From NCBI GenBank assembly GCA_963666275.2, contig CAXXOA010000002.1:1920001-1984000 (forward strand): a DNA stretch of 64,000 nt, given 5' to 3'. Position numbers and translations under genes: made by a program. Under the pieces are notes generated by a model. That model made no database searches. It saw only the letters and a program-made list of their open reading frames with translations, and had not been told where the DNA came from. Below are positions 41,586 to 51,472 of the stretch, one piece after another (the first letter of the stretch is position 1; the number at the start of each line of letters is the position of its first letter). This DNA is from Oceanispirochaeta sp. GTDB taxonomy: Bacteria > Spirochaetota > Spirochaetia > DSM-2461.

Positions 41586-42890
41586 ATGAAAGTTGTTTCT
41601 TTGAGCCTTATGGCATTACGCTACTTCCGTCGTTACTTCCGTCGCTATCTCTTTCTCTTTTTGGCCCTCAGCTTCGGCTATGGAATCATCACAGTTCTCA
41701 CAGGTCTACAGGCCGGAATGGAAGAGAGTGTCTATCAGTCCACCCAATCCCATTACGCAGGGGATATGGTTGTTTCAGGGCGAGCCAAAAACCGTCTGAA
41801 ATTTCAAATTTCCGATGTTGAGAAGGTTTTGGAAGCGGTAGACCAGTCGGGAGTGCCTGTTCATCATTCTGTTATAAGGACCCATTTCGGAGACAAAGGC
41901 GTTTTGTACTTCAATGGTGTAGCCGTTAAACAGCGGTATGTCATGGGCGTCGATTGGGAAAATGAATCCGATTATTTTTCCAGGCTGGAGTACAGTCAGG
42001 GAGAGTATGGTCAGTGGGATAAGAATAGTGGCATACTCGTCTCCGCCCCTGTTGCGGAAGAGCTGGGTTTGGTTCAGGGGGACAGCCTCCTTCTGGAAGT
42101 GGAAACCCGGTCGGGCCAGATCAATACGGCCCGTCTGGTGGTGCAGGCCATTGTTAATGACGATACCATATTCGGTTACTACAAATGTTATATTGATAGG
42201 GACAAACTCAACAGCCTGATCGGACTCAATCAAAATGAGGCCTCCACTGTTGGGATCTATCTGAAAGAAGGGGCCAACCTGGATCATGCAGCCCGGACAT
42301 TGCAGGAATCTCTTTCTGAATCCGGACTGGACACGGCCCCTCTGGTACAAAACCGGGATGAACTGAATAGAGAATTGGGAAAAGGATGGAATGGAGTCCG
42401 CCACTTCGTCATCACTCTGCCGGTATACCTTTCTGAAGTAGCCGAGCTCCTTACGGCCATCCAGATTATTTCCTACTTCCTCTACTTCCTGATGATCCTC
42501 ATCATCATCGTTTCCGTAGCCGTTACCTACCGGTTGATCCTCCACGAACGGGAAAAAGAGATCGGAACCCTCCAGTCCATAGGCTTTCACAGCCGGGACG
42601 TAGTTTTCCTCCTGATGATGGAAACAATCATTCTCTTTCTCTGTTCCCTAGCCGCAGGATTCCTCTTCGCCCGTCTGGTAATCTGGTTGATGGGCTTTGC
42701 TTCCTTCAGCATGATCCCCAGCTTTGAAATCTTCATGCAGGGGGGGCGCCTCGTACCGGTCTTTTCCCTCCGGACCACCCTGATCAACAGCGCCATAGTC
42801 CTAGCAGCCATCATCCCCACCGTAGCCCTCCCGGTCTTCACCGCCTCCCGCAAACCCCTCCCGGAAATCCTCTCGGGCGGTAAAAACTAA
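41586..42890 (+). CDS. FtsX-like (LolC/E-type) permease 2
   Basis: N-terminal TM, periplasmic domain, EREKEIGTLQSIG, three C-terminal TMs. Confidence 0.88.
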   Translation: MKVVSLSLMALRYFRRYFRRYLFLFLALSFGYGIITVLTGLQAGMEESVYQSTQSHYAGDMVVSGRAKNRLKFQISDVEKVLEAVDQSGVPVHHSVIRTHFGDKGVLYFNGVAVKQRYVMGVDWENESDYFSRLEYSQGEYGQWDKNSGILVSAPVAEELGLVQGDSLLLEVETRSGQINTARLVVQAIVNDDTIFGYYKCYIDRDKLNSLIGLNQNEASTVGIYLKEGANLDHAARTLQESLSESGLDTAPLVQNRDELNRELGKGWNGVRHFVITLPVYLSEVAELLTAIQIISYFLYFLMILIIIVSVAVTYRLILHEREKEIGTLQSIGFHSRDVVFLLMMETIILFLCSLAAGFLFARLVIWLMGFASFSMIPSFEIFMQGGRLVPVFSLRTTLINSAIVLAAIIPTVALPVFTASRKPLPEILSGGKN

Positions 42891-42934
42891 TTTATTTATT
42901 CTACAAAAAGTAATTATACTATTTAACATTCTCT

Positions 42935-43100
42935 CATCTTGCCCTATGGGAGAGGGGAATGAGGGGAGAGGGTTGTATAGAAGCAATTGCACCTTGGAAA
43001 GGATTCCTTGGTATAAAGGGTAGTAAAAGGAAATGGGAGTGGGTAGTAAAGAGTCGACATTCTTTTAATAATCGTACCCTGAGCGGAGCCGAAGGGGGGG
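42935..43100. repeat. REP cluster
   Basis: GGGAGAGGGG...GAGGGTTGTATAG (reverse of the 13327-13372 unit) and CCCTGAGCGGAGCCGAAGGGG. Confidence 0.75.
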
Positions 43101-43169
43101 CAAAAAATCGTAACCAAAGCTTTCCAGACTTTTCTTGATTAATGTGCTACATTCCAAACGGAGATAAAA

Positions 43170-43940
43170 ATGCAAAAACAGAGAAAACTATTTATATTAC
43201 TTATATTAACTGCCGTAACAATCAATCTATCAGCAGTCGACTATGAATCCCTACTGACCCAGGCCGACAGCCTTGTCAATTACCCGGGAACCGACTACTC
43301 CGCCGAATACACCATCGTCCAGGACAAACCGGGCCAGAGCCGAACCACTACTATAGCTGCTGTATTCCGCCGGGACAGTAAAGAAACCTATGTCATTCTG
43401 ATCAAAGAACCCTCTATCAACAAAGGTCAGGGATACCTCAAACAGGGTGGGACCCTCTGGTTTTTCGACCCTGAGTCCCGTAAGTTCAACTCCACCAGCA
43501 GCAGCGACAGGTTTCAGAACACCAATGCCCGTAACTCCGACTTTACCCAGTCCACCCTGGCACGAGACTATAATGTCGTTTCAGGAACTGAAGGAACACT
43601 GGGGCAGTTTGACTGCTGGATTTTGGATCTGGAAGCCAACAACGACGAAGTTACCTATCCGAAAATGAAAATCTGGATCAGCAAGGACGGTCTGGTCCGA
43701 AAAACCGAAGATTACAGCCTTTCCGGCCAGCTCCTCCGGACAACAGCCATACCCAACTATTATAAGCTGGACAATGTGTACATACCCAAGCGAATCCTTT
43801 TTATCGATGCTCTCCGGGGAGCCACCATCAATGGAAAATTCCAAAATGAAAAAACCCAGATTACCATATCCAAACCCTCTCTGGGGAACCTGCCCGATTC
43901 AGTCTTTTCCAAGTCATTCCTGGAATCCATGAATCGCTAA
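43170..43940 (+). CDS. Outer-membrane lipoprotein-sorting (LolA-like) periplasmic protein
   Basis: Signal peptide; P..NKGQGYLK...LW, F......SDF, CWILDL, TYPK. Confidence 0.8.
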   Translation: MQKQRKLFILLILTAVTINLSAVDYESLLTQADSLVNYPGTDYSAEYTIVQDKPGQSRTTTIAAVFRRDSKETYVILIKEPSINKGQGYLKQGGTLWFFDPESRKFNSTSSSDRFQNTNARNSDFTQSTLARDYNVVSGTEGTLGQFDCWILDLEANNDEVTYPKMKIWISKDGLVRKTEDYSLSGQLLRTTAIPNYYKLDNVYIPKRILFIDALRGATINGKFQNEKTQITISKPSLGNLPDSVFSKSFLESMNR

Positions 43941-43955
43941 GGGGACAAGAATACT

Positions 43956-45290
43956 ATGACATTGAAAAGAATCTTTTTCTTACTGCTCTTCTGTTCTTCG
44001 TTCATGCTGTTCGCCCAGGAGGGGGAATCCTCCGACAATACTATGGATGACATCTCTTTGGATTCGATCGATGATCTTTTTAATGAAGTCCCAGATGACG
44101 AGGAATCCAGCGACGATTCTTCCTCAGGAGAAGAACAGGATAGCTCGGACAGTGACGAGGTTCTGGAAAGTCCACAGGATCTTTTGAATGAGCTGACCTC
44201 CCAGACAGGAGGCTCACTGACTGTCAACTACGCCTTTGCCGCCGGTTATGCCCCTGGATGGAGTGAAACTCCCTGGTACTGGGAAGATCAGGACCAGGTG
44301 TTTACCAATGTCATTGGAGCTGATCTGACTTCGGACTTTATCTTTGACTTTCAGCTCTCTCCCCAGCTCCGGGCCTATCAGTCTGTTTCTATAGATTTCC
44401 CAGGGTATACTTTTGACCTTGACAGTTTCTGGGCCGAATATAACCTGGAAAACAGAGCCTTTTTCAAACTGGGCCATTATGCCGAATCCTGGGGGCTGGG
44501 AGGCAATTACGCCTTTACAAACCTCCTTTCCCGGCTGCCGGAGAACGGAGGGGGAGGGGACGCATATACCTTCCGAACGAATCTTCCCATGGGAGTCGGG
44601 GGGCTACAGCTTTTGACAATGGCACGCAGCGGCTGGGTCGACGGGGGCAATGTTGAAAACATGGAAGCCGGGGATCTGGGCTATGGGGTAAAGTACAATT
44701 ATGCCCACCCCCTGGCGGATATGAATCTGGGAGTTTTCTACCACGATCTTATGCCCCTTAGGGCCATCTTTACTGCAAAATCCACCCTTTTTGATTCTAC
44801 TGAAGTTTTTCTCCAGGGGCTGGCGGCCTTTCCAAACCAGCAGGATACGGAAGACTCGGTTTACTCGGGAAGTATCGGTCTTGCCGACGATTTTTTCCGG
44901 GAAAAACTGACTGTAAACCTGGAATACTTCTACAATGGTGAAGTCTATTCCAAAGTCGTGGAAACCGACAGCGGTTGGACCGAAGATGAAACCAGCCCTT
45001 TTATCAAAGGCCATAACGGCGCCTTCAATCTCTATTACAACACGGGAATCCGCAATCTGAATCTTTTCAGTCGTCTACTGTACAACTTTGATGAAAACAC
45101 AGGGAAATGGGCTCCTGGATTCCATTTTAAACCTTATGACGATCTCTCTGTCTATCTCTCCGTACCTATGGCTATTGGTGATCGAGATGGTACGTACTAT
45201 ACAAGCAACTACGATGAAAAGAACAGGCCTTTCAGCATAACCCTGGCTGTGACCCTTTCGGGCAGTCAGAAATTTGCCCAGTATAAATAA
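43956..45290 (+). CDS. Putative outer-membrane beta-barrel protein
   Basis: Signal peptide, acidic N-terminal linker, amphipathic aromatic-rich strands, LEYFYNG motif; follows the LolA-like gene. Confidence 0.6.
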   Translation: MTLKRIFFLLLFCSSFMLFAQEGESSDNTMDDISLDSIDDLFNEVPDDEESSDDSSSGEEQDSSDSDEVLESPQDLLNELTSQTGGSLTVNYAFAAGYAPGWSETPWYWEDQDQVFTNVIGADLTSDFIFDFQLSPQLRAYQSVSIDFPGYTFDLDSFWAEYNLENRAFFKLGHYAESWGLGGNYAFTNLLSRLPENGGGGDAYTFRTNLPMGVGGLQLLTMARSGWVDGGNVENMEAGDLGYGVKYNYAHPLADMNLGVFYHDLMPLRAIFTAKSTLFDSTEVFLQGLAAFPNQQDTEDSVYSGSIGLADDFFREKLTVNLEYFYNGEVYSKVVETDSGWTEDETSPFIKGHNGAFNLYYNTGIRNLNLFSRLLYNFDENTGKWAPGFHFKPYDDLSVYLSVPMAIGDRDGTYYTSNYDEKNRPFSITLAVTLSGSQKFAQYK

Positions 45291-45304
45291 AAGAGCTGGC
45301 TCAG

Positions 45305-45925
45305 ATGCATTTCAAACAGTATGTCTTATATGTATCAAAGCCCCTCTTACTGTTTTTCCTACTGGTTCTGACTTTTTCAGTATCCCTGGCCAGTCAATCC
45401 GGGGACATTCATATCCGGAAAATCTCCTGGCGGGATACTGAACTTCCCGTCTCTCCCAGGAGCCATTATGTATACCGGGTCAGTTTTGAACTGGACCATG
45501 TATCCCTGGATCGTCTGGAGGTACTCCTAAAATCTGAAGGCTTTCTGGAAAAGGTCCCCTATTACAGCCGTTACAATGACACCACAACATTGCTTTATAA
45601 CCGTGTTGAGTTTCAAAATGATACTATTAATGTTGAGATGCGTCCCTTTGAACCATTCAAGGGGCAAATCCAGTTTAACAGAAAGGGTGACTCCATTCAT
45701 TGGGTTTATGAAAATACCGAGTCTATCCGGTATAAATGGTTTCCTGTAATTGCTCAGAGGCATATGGTCACATACCTGAATGCTCGACAGGATGCCGACA
45801 CTCTCAAAGTAGAAGGTCTGGCAGCCATTAAAACCTTCCCCTTTCTCCACCTTTTCGGAAAACGGATAGACTGGGCTGTAGAAGGCCGTATCCTGGCCCT
45901 TTTCCAAGCCCTTTCTAAGCAATAA
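45305..45925 (+). CDS. Exported protein, DUF6675-like
   Basis: Signal peptide; PYYS, N...I.YK.FPV, R..AL motifs shared with 58894-59655. Confidence 0.6.
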   Translation: MHFKQYVLYVSKPLLLFFLLVLTFSVSLASQSGDIHIRKISWRDTELPVSPRSHYVYRVSFELDHVSLDRLEVLLKSEGFLEKVPYYSRYNDTTTLLYNRVEFQNDTINVEMRPFEPFKGQIQFNRKGDSIHWVYENTESIRYKWFPVIAQRHMVTYLNARQDADTLKVEGLAAIKTFPFLHLFGKRIDWAVEGRILALFQALSKQ

Positions 45926-45971
45926 ACCCATAGCAGCTGATAAAAGAAAATATAACTCTTCTCCGAGCTCT

Positions 45972-46170
45972 GTAAAGACGCGATTCATCGCGTCTCCCTA
46001 TTCTCCCCTCTCCTCCTGGGCTGGTCAGGAGCAAGCTTCCTGCTCGCCTATGCTACCGAAGGAGAGGGGCAGGGGGTGAGGGTTGGCTAATCAAAAATGC
46101 CACCCCTTTAAGGGCCGGGGGCCACACCTCAACCGGAGTCTGGTCCCTGAGCGGAGCCAAAGGGGGGACA
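45972..46170. repeat. Composite REP cluster
   Basis: GTAAAGACGCGATTCATCGCGTCT; nested CCCCTCTCC[GGGCTGGTC..GCTTCCTGCTCGCCTATGC]GGAGAGGGG; CCCTGAGCGGAGCCAAAGGGG. Confidence 0.8.
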
Positions 46171-47817
46171 AGGAGTAGCCAAAATCCCCAAATCCCTCTT
46201 CTTCATCTCCCGCTTCTCATCGTACATCTTCCGATCCGCCTCTTCCAGCAGAGCATCGATCTCCTCTTCAATGGAAAGATCAAACAGCACACAGATCCCG
46301 TGACTGAAGGAAAGCCTGTAGTCCCTGTCCATGGTGCGGTTAAATTGTTCCGTCTTTTCCATCAGCCGGCGCCAGAGCTCTTCAAACTCGGCCTCATTGG
46401 TCTGTGGACAGATAAGCAGAAACTCGTCGCCCCCCAGGCGGACAGCCATATCGGAGCCCCGGATGGTTTTCTGCACAATCCCGGCAAAATCCGTCAGAAG
46501 TTTATCGCCTGCATTGTGACCCAGGTTGTCATTCACTGTTTTCAGACCGTTGATATCCATAAAACAGATTACCAGGGGCATGTCGGACCGGCGGTTCCGG
46601 CTTTTCAGGGACTGAAAATACTCTTCCCAGTAACTCCTGTTGTAGAGCCCTGTCAGTTCGTCGGTCTGCACCTGTTTCAGCAGATCCCTCTCCCGGAGTT
46701 TCACATCCTCAATGCTCTGGATCAGAGCCAGAAAGGTATCGCCCTTTTCTTCTGTATTTGACTTTTCCAGGGACAGATGGAGACGGAACCATTTATAATT
46801 ATCCCGGATATTCTTCAGTTTCACATCCACAGTTTCCTGGCTTATCTTTCCCGATACCAGGTCCTGATAGATCCTCAGCAGCTCCGGACGGAACTCGGGA
46901 GCAATTATATTCTCCATCAGCCAGTCCAGATCCATCTCATACTGGCCGTGTTCATATCCCAGGGTCTCAAAAAAGAGGTTGTTAAAGGCATGGTCCAGTT
47001 TTCCCGAGTCTGTATGAAAGGCAAACAGGCTCATCCGGCCCGCATAGAGGGCGTTGGTCAGCTGCAGATTGTTGATCCTCTCGTGTTCCGAAAGTTCCTG
47101 AAGGTGCCGGGACTGGATCTCCATGATCTTGTCCAGATCGGTCCTTTTCATAAGGATATAGCGGGAGGGATTGATTCCCCCGGGTTTGGTATGGGTCAGG
47201 AGGCACAGGTAAAGCAGGATGAAAAGGAAGCCTAATACAAGTACGCCTGCTTTTAAACCGGTCAAAGCCCCGAGTCTTTTATTCACATCCTTCTGAGGAA
47301 TTTCCAGGCAGACGAAATAACGATTCCCTTCTGCACTCCTTAAGGGGAGGAGCATGGCTCTGACTGTACCCTCCGGACGGGACTGTCTGAAATAGAAAGG
47401 CTCCTCCTGTATCACTGCCTTCCGGATAGAGTCATTATTCTGCATATAATCTATAAGCTGTGAGTCCTCATCCCCGGAGGGAATATTCTCAGACGTGGCT
47501 GTCATATAAAATCGATTTTCTCTTGAGATTCCTGTGTAAATCCTGGTAAACCCTCCGGTCATGGCCATAGTATCCAGTTGGTTTCGGATCAGGTTCTGCG
47601 TTTCGGGAGTTTTATACTCAGTTTGACCTGTCTCATCATGAAATCCTGGGGGCAGCAGCAGGGGGACTGTTCTGGCGGCATTGAGGAGCTGATGATCAAT
47701 TTCCTGCAGATTTAGCCTGTAATCGACCCAAAGGATGAGGGCCGCCGGGAGGATAAAGGCTCCTGCCAGGTATTTAAAGGATTTCTGAAATGTTTTTAGA
47801 TATACAAGCGCCCGCAA
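46129..47817 (-). CDS. Sensor diguanylate cyclase (TM-periplasmic-TM-PAS-GGDEF)
   Basis: DELTGLYNR, DINGLK.VND..GH..GD, RGSD I-site, intact GGDEF; TTG start. Confidence 0.9.
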   Translation of the reverse strand: MRALVYLKTFQKSFKYLAGAFILPAALILWVDYRLNLQEIDHQLLNAARTVPLLLPPGFHDETGQTEYKTPETQNLIRNQLDTMAMTGGFTRIYTGISRENRFYMTATSENIPSGDEDSQLIDYMQNNDSIRKAVIQEEPFYFRQSRPEGTVRAMLLPLRSAEGNRYFVCLEIPQKDVNKRLGALTGLKAGVLVLGFLFILLYLCLLTHTKPGGINPSRYILMKRTDLDKIMEIQSRHLQELSEHERINNLQLTNALYAGRMSLFAFHTDSGKLDHAFNNLFFETLGYEHGQYEMDLDWLMENIIAPEFRPELLRIYQDLVSGKISQETVDVKLKNIRDNYKWFRLHLSLEKSNTEEKGDTFLALIQSIEDVKLRERDLLKQVQTDELTGLYNRSYWEEYFQSLKSRNRRSDMPLVICFMDINGLKTVNDNLGHNAGDKLLTDFAGIVQKTIRGSDMAVRLGGDEFLLICPQTNEAEFEELWRRLMEKTEQFNRTMDRDYRLSFSHGICVLFDLSIEEEIDALLEEADRKMYDEKREMKKRDLGILATPCPPFGSAQGPDSG

Positions 47818-48090
47818 TTCAATGTCCCGTTATTGAAATATTACTACTAGTATAAACAACTGTTCGCAGTATGCCAGAAAAAAGGCTCGATTTTCAGAGA
47901 TTTTTCCCTGAACTTAAGATAGATTTAATATCCCCTGACAGCTTTTTATCAGAGGACTTTTCAATCTAATTCAGAGGGCCTGAGAGATAAGATTTCCCCC
48001 GGGAAAGTCCACCTTGTCGAAATCATCAAAATACCCTAAAATTACGCCATTCAATTTTTTGTTCATACAGATGAAAATAGGAGACATGTT

Positions 48091-51000
48091 TTGTACAATC
48101 CGGTAGATCCCAGAGTTGACTTTCCCAAAATGGAAGAGGCTATCCTTAAATTCTGGGAAGAAGAGAATATCTTTGAAAAGTCCATCACCCAGCGTGACGG
48201 TGCGGAAGACTTCGTCTTTTACGACGGACCTCCTTTTGCCACCGGTCTTCCCCATTTCGGCCATTTTGTTCCGGGGACTCTGAAAGATATTATTCCCCGC
48301 TACCAGACTATGAAAGGCAAACGGGTGGAACGCCGTTTCGGATGGGACTGCCACGGTCTTCCTGTTGAATATGAGATGGAAAAGGAACTCGGAATTTCAG
48401 GTAAAACTGAAATCGAAAAGTTCGGTGTCGCCAAGTTCAACGAATCCTGTCGCTCCATCGTTCTCCGCTATACCAATGAGTGGCGTCAGGTCATCACCCG
48501 GATGGGCCGGTGGGTCGACTTTGATAACGATTATAAAACCATGGAAACCGACTATATGGAGTCCATCTGGTGGGTTGTCAAATCCCTCTGGGACAAGGGC
48601 CTTATCTATAAAGGACACTATATCCTGCCAACCTGTCCCCGCTGTTCCACACCTCTGTCAAACCACGAGCTGAATCTGGGGGGCTATAAGGATGTGAACG
48701 ATCCGGCCATCACCATCAAGTTCAAAAAGAGTGATGAAGAGAACACATGGTTCCTGGCATGGACTACCACCCCCTGGACTCTGATCAGCAACCTGGCCCT
48801 GACTCTGGGCGCAGAAATTGACTATGTAAAGGTGAAGGATGGAGAGGAAAACTACATCCTGGCCAAAGAGAGACTCAGTGCCTACTATAAGTCCGAAGAG
48901 GACTATGAAGTCATCTGGACCAAAAAAGGAAAAGATCTGACAGGTCTTTCCTATGAACCGATCATGCCCTATTTTGCCGAAAGAGCCGAAGAGGGCGCCT
49001 TCAAAACCTTCACGGGAGATCATGTCTCCACCGAAGACGGTACGGGAATTGTTCATACCGCCAGCGGCTTCGGTGAAGAGGACTACGCGGTTCTGAAAGA
49101 TACGGGAATTACTGTGGTCTGTCCTGTGGATGATGAAGGGAAATTTACAAAAGAAGTCCCCGACTATGAGGGGCGGTTCGTCAAGGACTGCGATAAAGAT
49201 ATCATTAACCGCCTGAAAGAGGAGGGGAAGCTTGTCAAACGGGATCAGATCCTCCATGCCTATCCCCACTGCTGGCGCTGTTCCAGCCCTCTGATCTACA
49301 AAGCCGTAGGAAGCTGGTTTGTGGATATCGGCAAAATCAAAGATAAAATGCTCAGTGCCAACAGCCGGATCAACTGGGTTCCCGAGCATCTGCAGAAGGG
49401 CCGGTTCGGTAAATGGCTGGAGAATGCCCGTGACTGGGCGATCAGCCGGAACCGCTACTGGGGTAACCCCATCCCTGTCTGGGAGTGCGACGACTGCGGT
49501 GAACAGATCTGTATAGGCAGCCGGGCGGAACTGAAAGAAAAGTCCGGTCAGGATGTGGAGGATCTTCACAAGCACTATGTGGACGATATAACCATTCCCT
49601 GTTCCTGCGGCAAGGGGACCATGAAGAGGATCCCCGAGGTTCTGGACTGCTGGTTTGAGTCGGGCTCCATGCCCTATGCGCAGATCCACTATCCCTTTGA
49701 AAACAAAGAGTGGTTTGAACAGAATTTCCCCGCCCAGTTTATCTGCGAAGGTCTGGATCAGACCCGGGGCTGGTTCTATACCCTGACCATCCTGGCGGCG
49801 GCCCTCTTCGACAGCCCCGCCTTTGAAAATGTTGTGGTCAACGGACTGGTTCTGGCGGAGGACGGGAAGAAAATGTCCAAGTCCCTCAGGAACTTCACCG
49901 ACCCCATGGAAGTTATCAATAACTTCGGAGCCGATGCGCTGCGTCTGTTCCTTATGAACTCGGCAGTTGTAAGGGGAGAGGGGCTGAAATATTCCGATGA
50001 CGGGGTCAAGGATGTTCTGAAAAGCGTGATCATTCCTCTGTGGAATGCCTACAGCTTCTTTGTAACCTACGCCAATATTGACAATGCCACCCCCAGCGAA
50101 GCTCCTGTGAATCCGGAAAATCCTCTGGACAGCTGGATCCTTTCCGAATCCAGCCACCTGGTGGAAGCGGTCACCGAGCAGCTGGATGCCTATGATATTC
50201 AGAAAGCTATCGAGCCGATTGTGAAGTTCATCGATCTTCTGAACAACTGGTATATCCGCCGGTCCAGAAGGCGGTTCTGGAAGAGCGAGAACGACGGCGA
50301 TAAAATGCAGGCCTACGGGACTCTCTGGAGCGCCCTGATCACCCTTGTGAAGGTAGCCTCTCCCTTTATTCCCTTCGTGTCTGAAGAGATCTACAGGAAC
50401 CTGAAAACCGAAGGAATGAGCGACTCCGTTCATCTCTGCGACTATCCTGTGGCAGATAAGGACGTTCGGGATCTGGTTCTGGAAAAGAAGATGGACCTGA
50501 CCCAGCAGGCGGTCAGCATGGGACGGGCACTGCGAAGTATGCATAATCTGAAGACCCGGCAGCCCCTGAAGGCTCTTCATCTGGTAACCAGGGATCTGGA
50601 AGAGAAGAAAATTCTCAAAGAGATGGCTGATATCATCGAAGAAGAGCTGAATGTGAAATCAGTGATCTTCCGGGACAACGAGGAAGATCTTGTCGAATAT
50701 TCTGTGAAAGCCAACTTCCGTGTTCTGGGTAAACAGCTTGGTAAGGATATGAAAGCCGCGGCTGCAAAAATAGCCGAGCTCTCGTCCAGCGAGATCCTCT
50801 CTCTGATGGAAGGAAATACCCTGACTGTAGACTTCGAGGGAGCCGAGCACAACTCCATCGAAATCACTCAGGAGAGCGTTGTGGTAAACCGGTCTGAAAA
50901 AGAGAATCTCAAGGTTCTCAACGAAGGCGCCCTGACTGTGGCCCTGGATCCTGAAATCACCGATGATCTCTACAAAGAGGGGATTGTCCGGGATGTGGTC

Positions 51001-51225
51001 CGGTCTATCCAGAACCTCAGGAAAGAGAGCGGCCTGGAAGTGACCGACAGGATCCGGATCTACCTTGCCGGTGCGGATAAGGTAAAAGATGCCGTAGAAG
51101 CCTATGAAGACCACCTCCTCCAGGAAACTCTGGGAGACAAGTGGTTCTGGGAGGAGAAATCCGACGCCCAGACCATCAGCTGCGGCGAAGACGAAAGCTG
51201 CAAACTGGCTCTGGAGAAAGTGTAA
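48091..51225 (+). CDS. ileS: Isoleucine--tRNA ligase (type 2)
   Basis: FYDGPPFATGLPHFGH, GWDCHGLP, WTTTPWTL, DWAISRNRYWG, DQTRGWFY, KMSKS; TTG start after AGGAG. Confidence 0.97.
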   Translation: MYNPVDPRVDFPKMEEAILKFWEEENIFEKSITQRDGAEDFVFYDGPPFATGLPHFGHFVPGTLKDIIPRYQTMKGKRVERRFGWDCHGLPVEYEMEKELGISGKTEIEKFGVAKFNESCRSIVLRYTNEWRQVITRMGRWVDFDNDYKTMETDYMESIWWVVKSLWDKGLIYKGHYILPTCPRCSTPLSNHELNLGGYKDVNDPAITIKFKKSDEENTWFLAWTTTPWTLISNLALTLGAEIDYVKVKDGEENYILAKERLSAYYKSEEDYEVIWTKKGKDLTGLSYEPIMPYFAERAEEGAFKTFTGDHVSTEDGTGIVHTASGFGEEDYAVLKDTGITVVCPVDDEGKFTKEVPDYEGRFVKDCDKDIINRLKEEGKLVKRDQILHAYPHCWRCSSPLIYKAVGSWFVDIGKIKDKMLSANSRINWVPEHLQKGRFGKWLENARDWAISRNRYWGNPIPVWECDDCGEQICIGSRAELKEKSGQDVEDLHKHYVDDITIPCSCGKGTMKRIPEVLDCWFESGSMPYAQIHYPFENKEWFEQNFPAQFICEGLDQTRGWFYTLTILAAALFDSPAFENVVVNGLVLAEDGKKMSKSLRNFTDPMEVINNFGADALRLFLMNSAVVRGEGLKYSDDGVKDVLKSVIIPLWNAYSFFVTYANIDNATPSEAPVNPENPLDSWILSESSHLVEAVTEQLDAYDIQKAIEPIVKFIDLLNNWYIRRSRRRFWKSENDGDKMQAYGTLWSALITLVKVASPFIPFVSEEIYRNLKTEGMSDSVHLCDYPVADKDVRDLVLEKKMDLTQQAVSMGRALRSMHNLKTRQPLKALHLVTRDLEEKKILKEMADIIEEELNVKSVIFRDNEEDLVEYSVKANFRVLGKQLGKDMKAAAAKIAELSSSEILSLMEGNTLTVDFEGAEHNSIEITQESVVVNRSEKENLKVLNEGALTVALDPEITDDLYKEGIVRDVVRSIQNLRKESGLEVTDRIRIYLAGADKVKDAVEAYEDHLLQETLGDKWFWEEKSDAQTISCGEDESCKLALEKV

Positions 51226-51245
51226 ACCCTACCTATAAAACAGAA

Positions 51246-51472
51246 CCCCTCTCCCTTTGGGAGAGGGGAATAAAAGGGGTGAGGGTTGGAAAACGGAGGC
51301 ATATATTGAACATCCACATGTCGCACCTGAAAATATTCTCCCAACCAACCCTCTCCCAGAGGGCTGGTCGGAAGCAAGCTTCCTGCTCGCCTATGCTGCC
51401 AGAGGAGAGGGAACTAAATCCCCAGACATTCTCCCCTCGCCCTTTGGGAGAGGGGTCGGGGGAGAGGGTTGG
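51246..51472. repeat. Three CCCTC-type REPs, the middle one nested
   Basis: CCCCTCTCCCTTTGGGAGAGGGG..GAGGGTTGG; inverted copy holding the GGAAGCAAGCTTCC unit; third copy. Confidence 0.85.

Noticed and set aside
47818..48090. T-box riboswitch upstream of ileS
   Set aside because: No recognisable T-box antiterminator consensus or terminator hairpin with U-tract.
48658..50580. 640-aa antisense ORF, and similar long shadow ORFs (563-1603, 3483-4502, 8356-9573, 9903-10769)
   Set aside because: They lie opposite well-supported genes, have no motifs, and are expected from codon bias.
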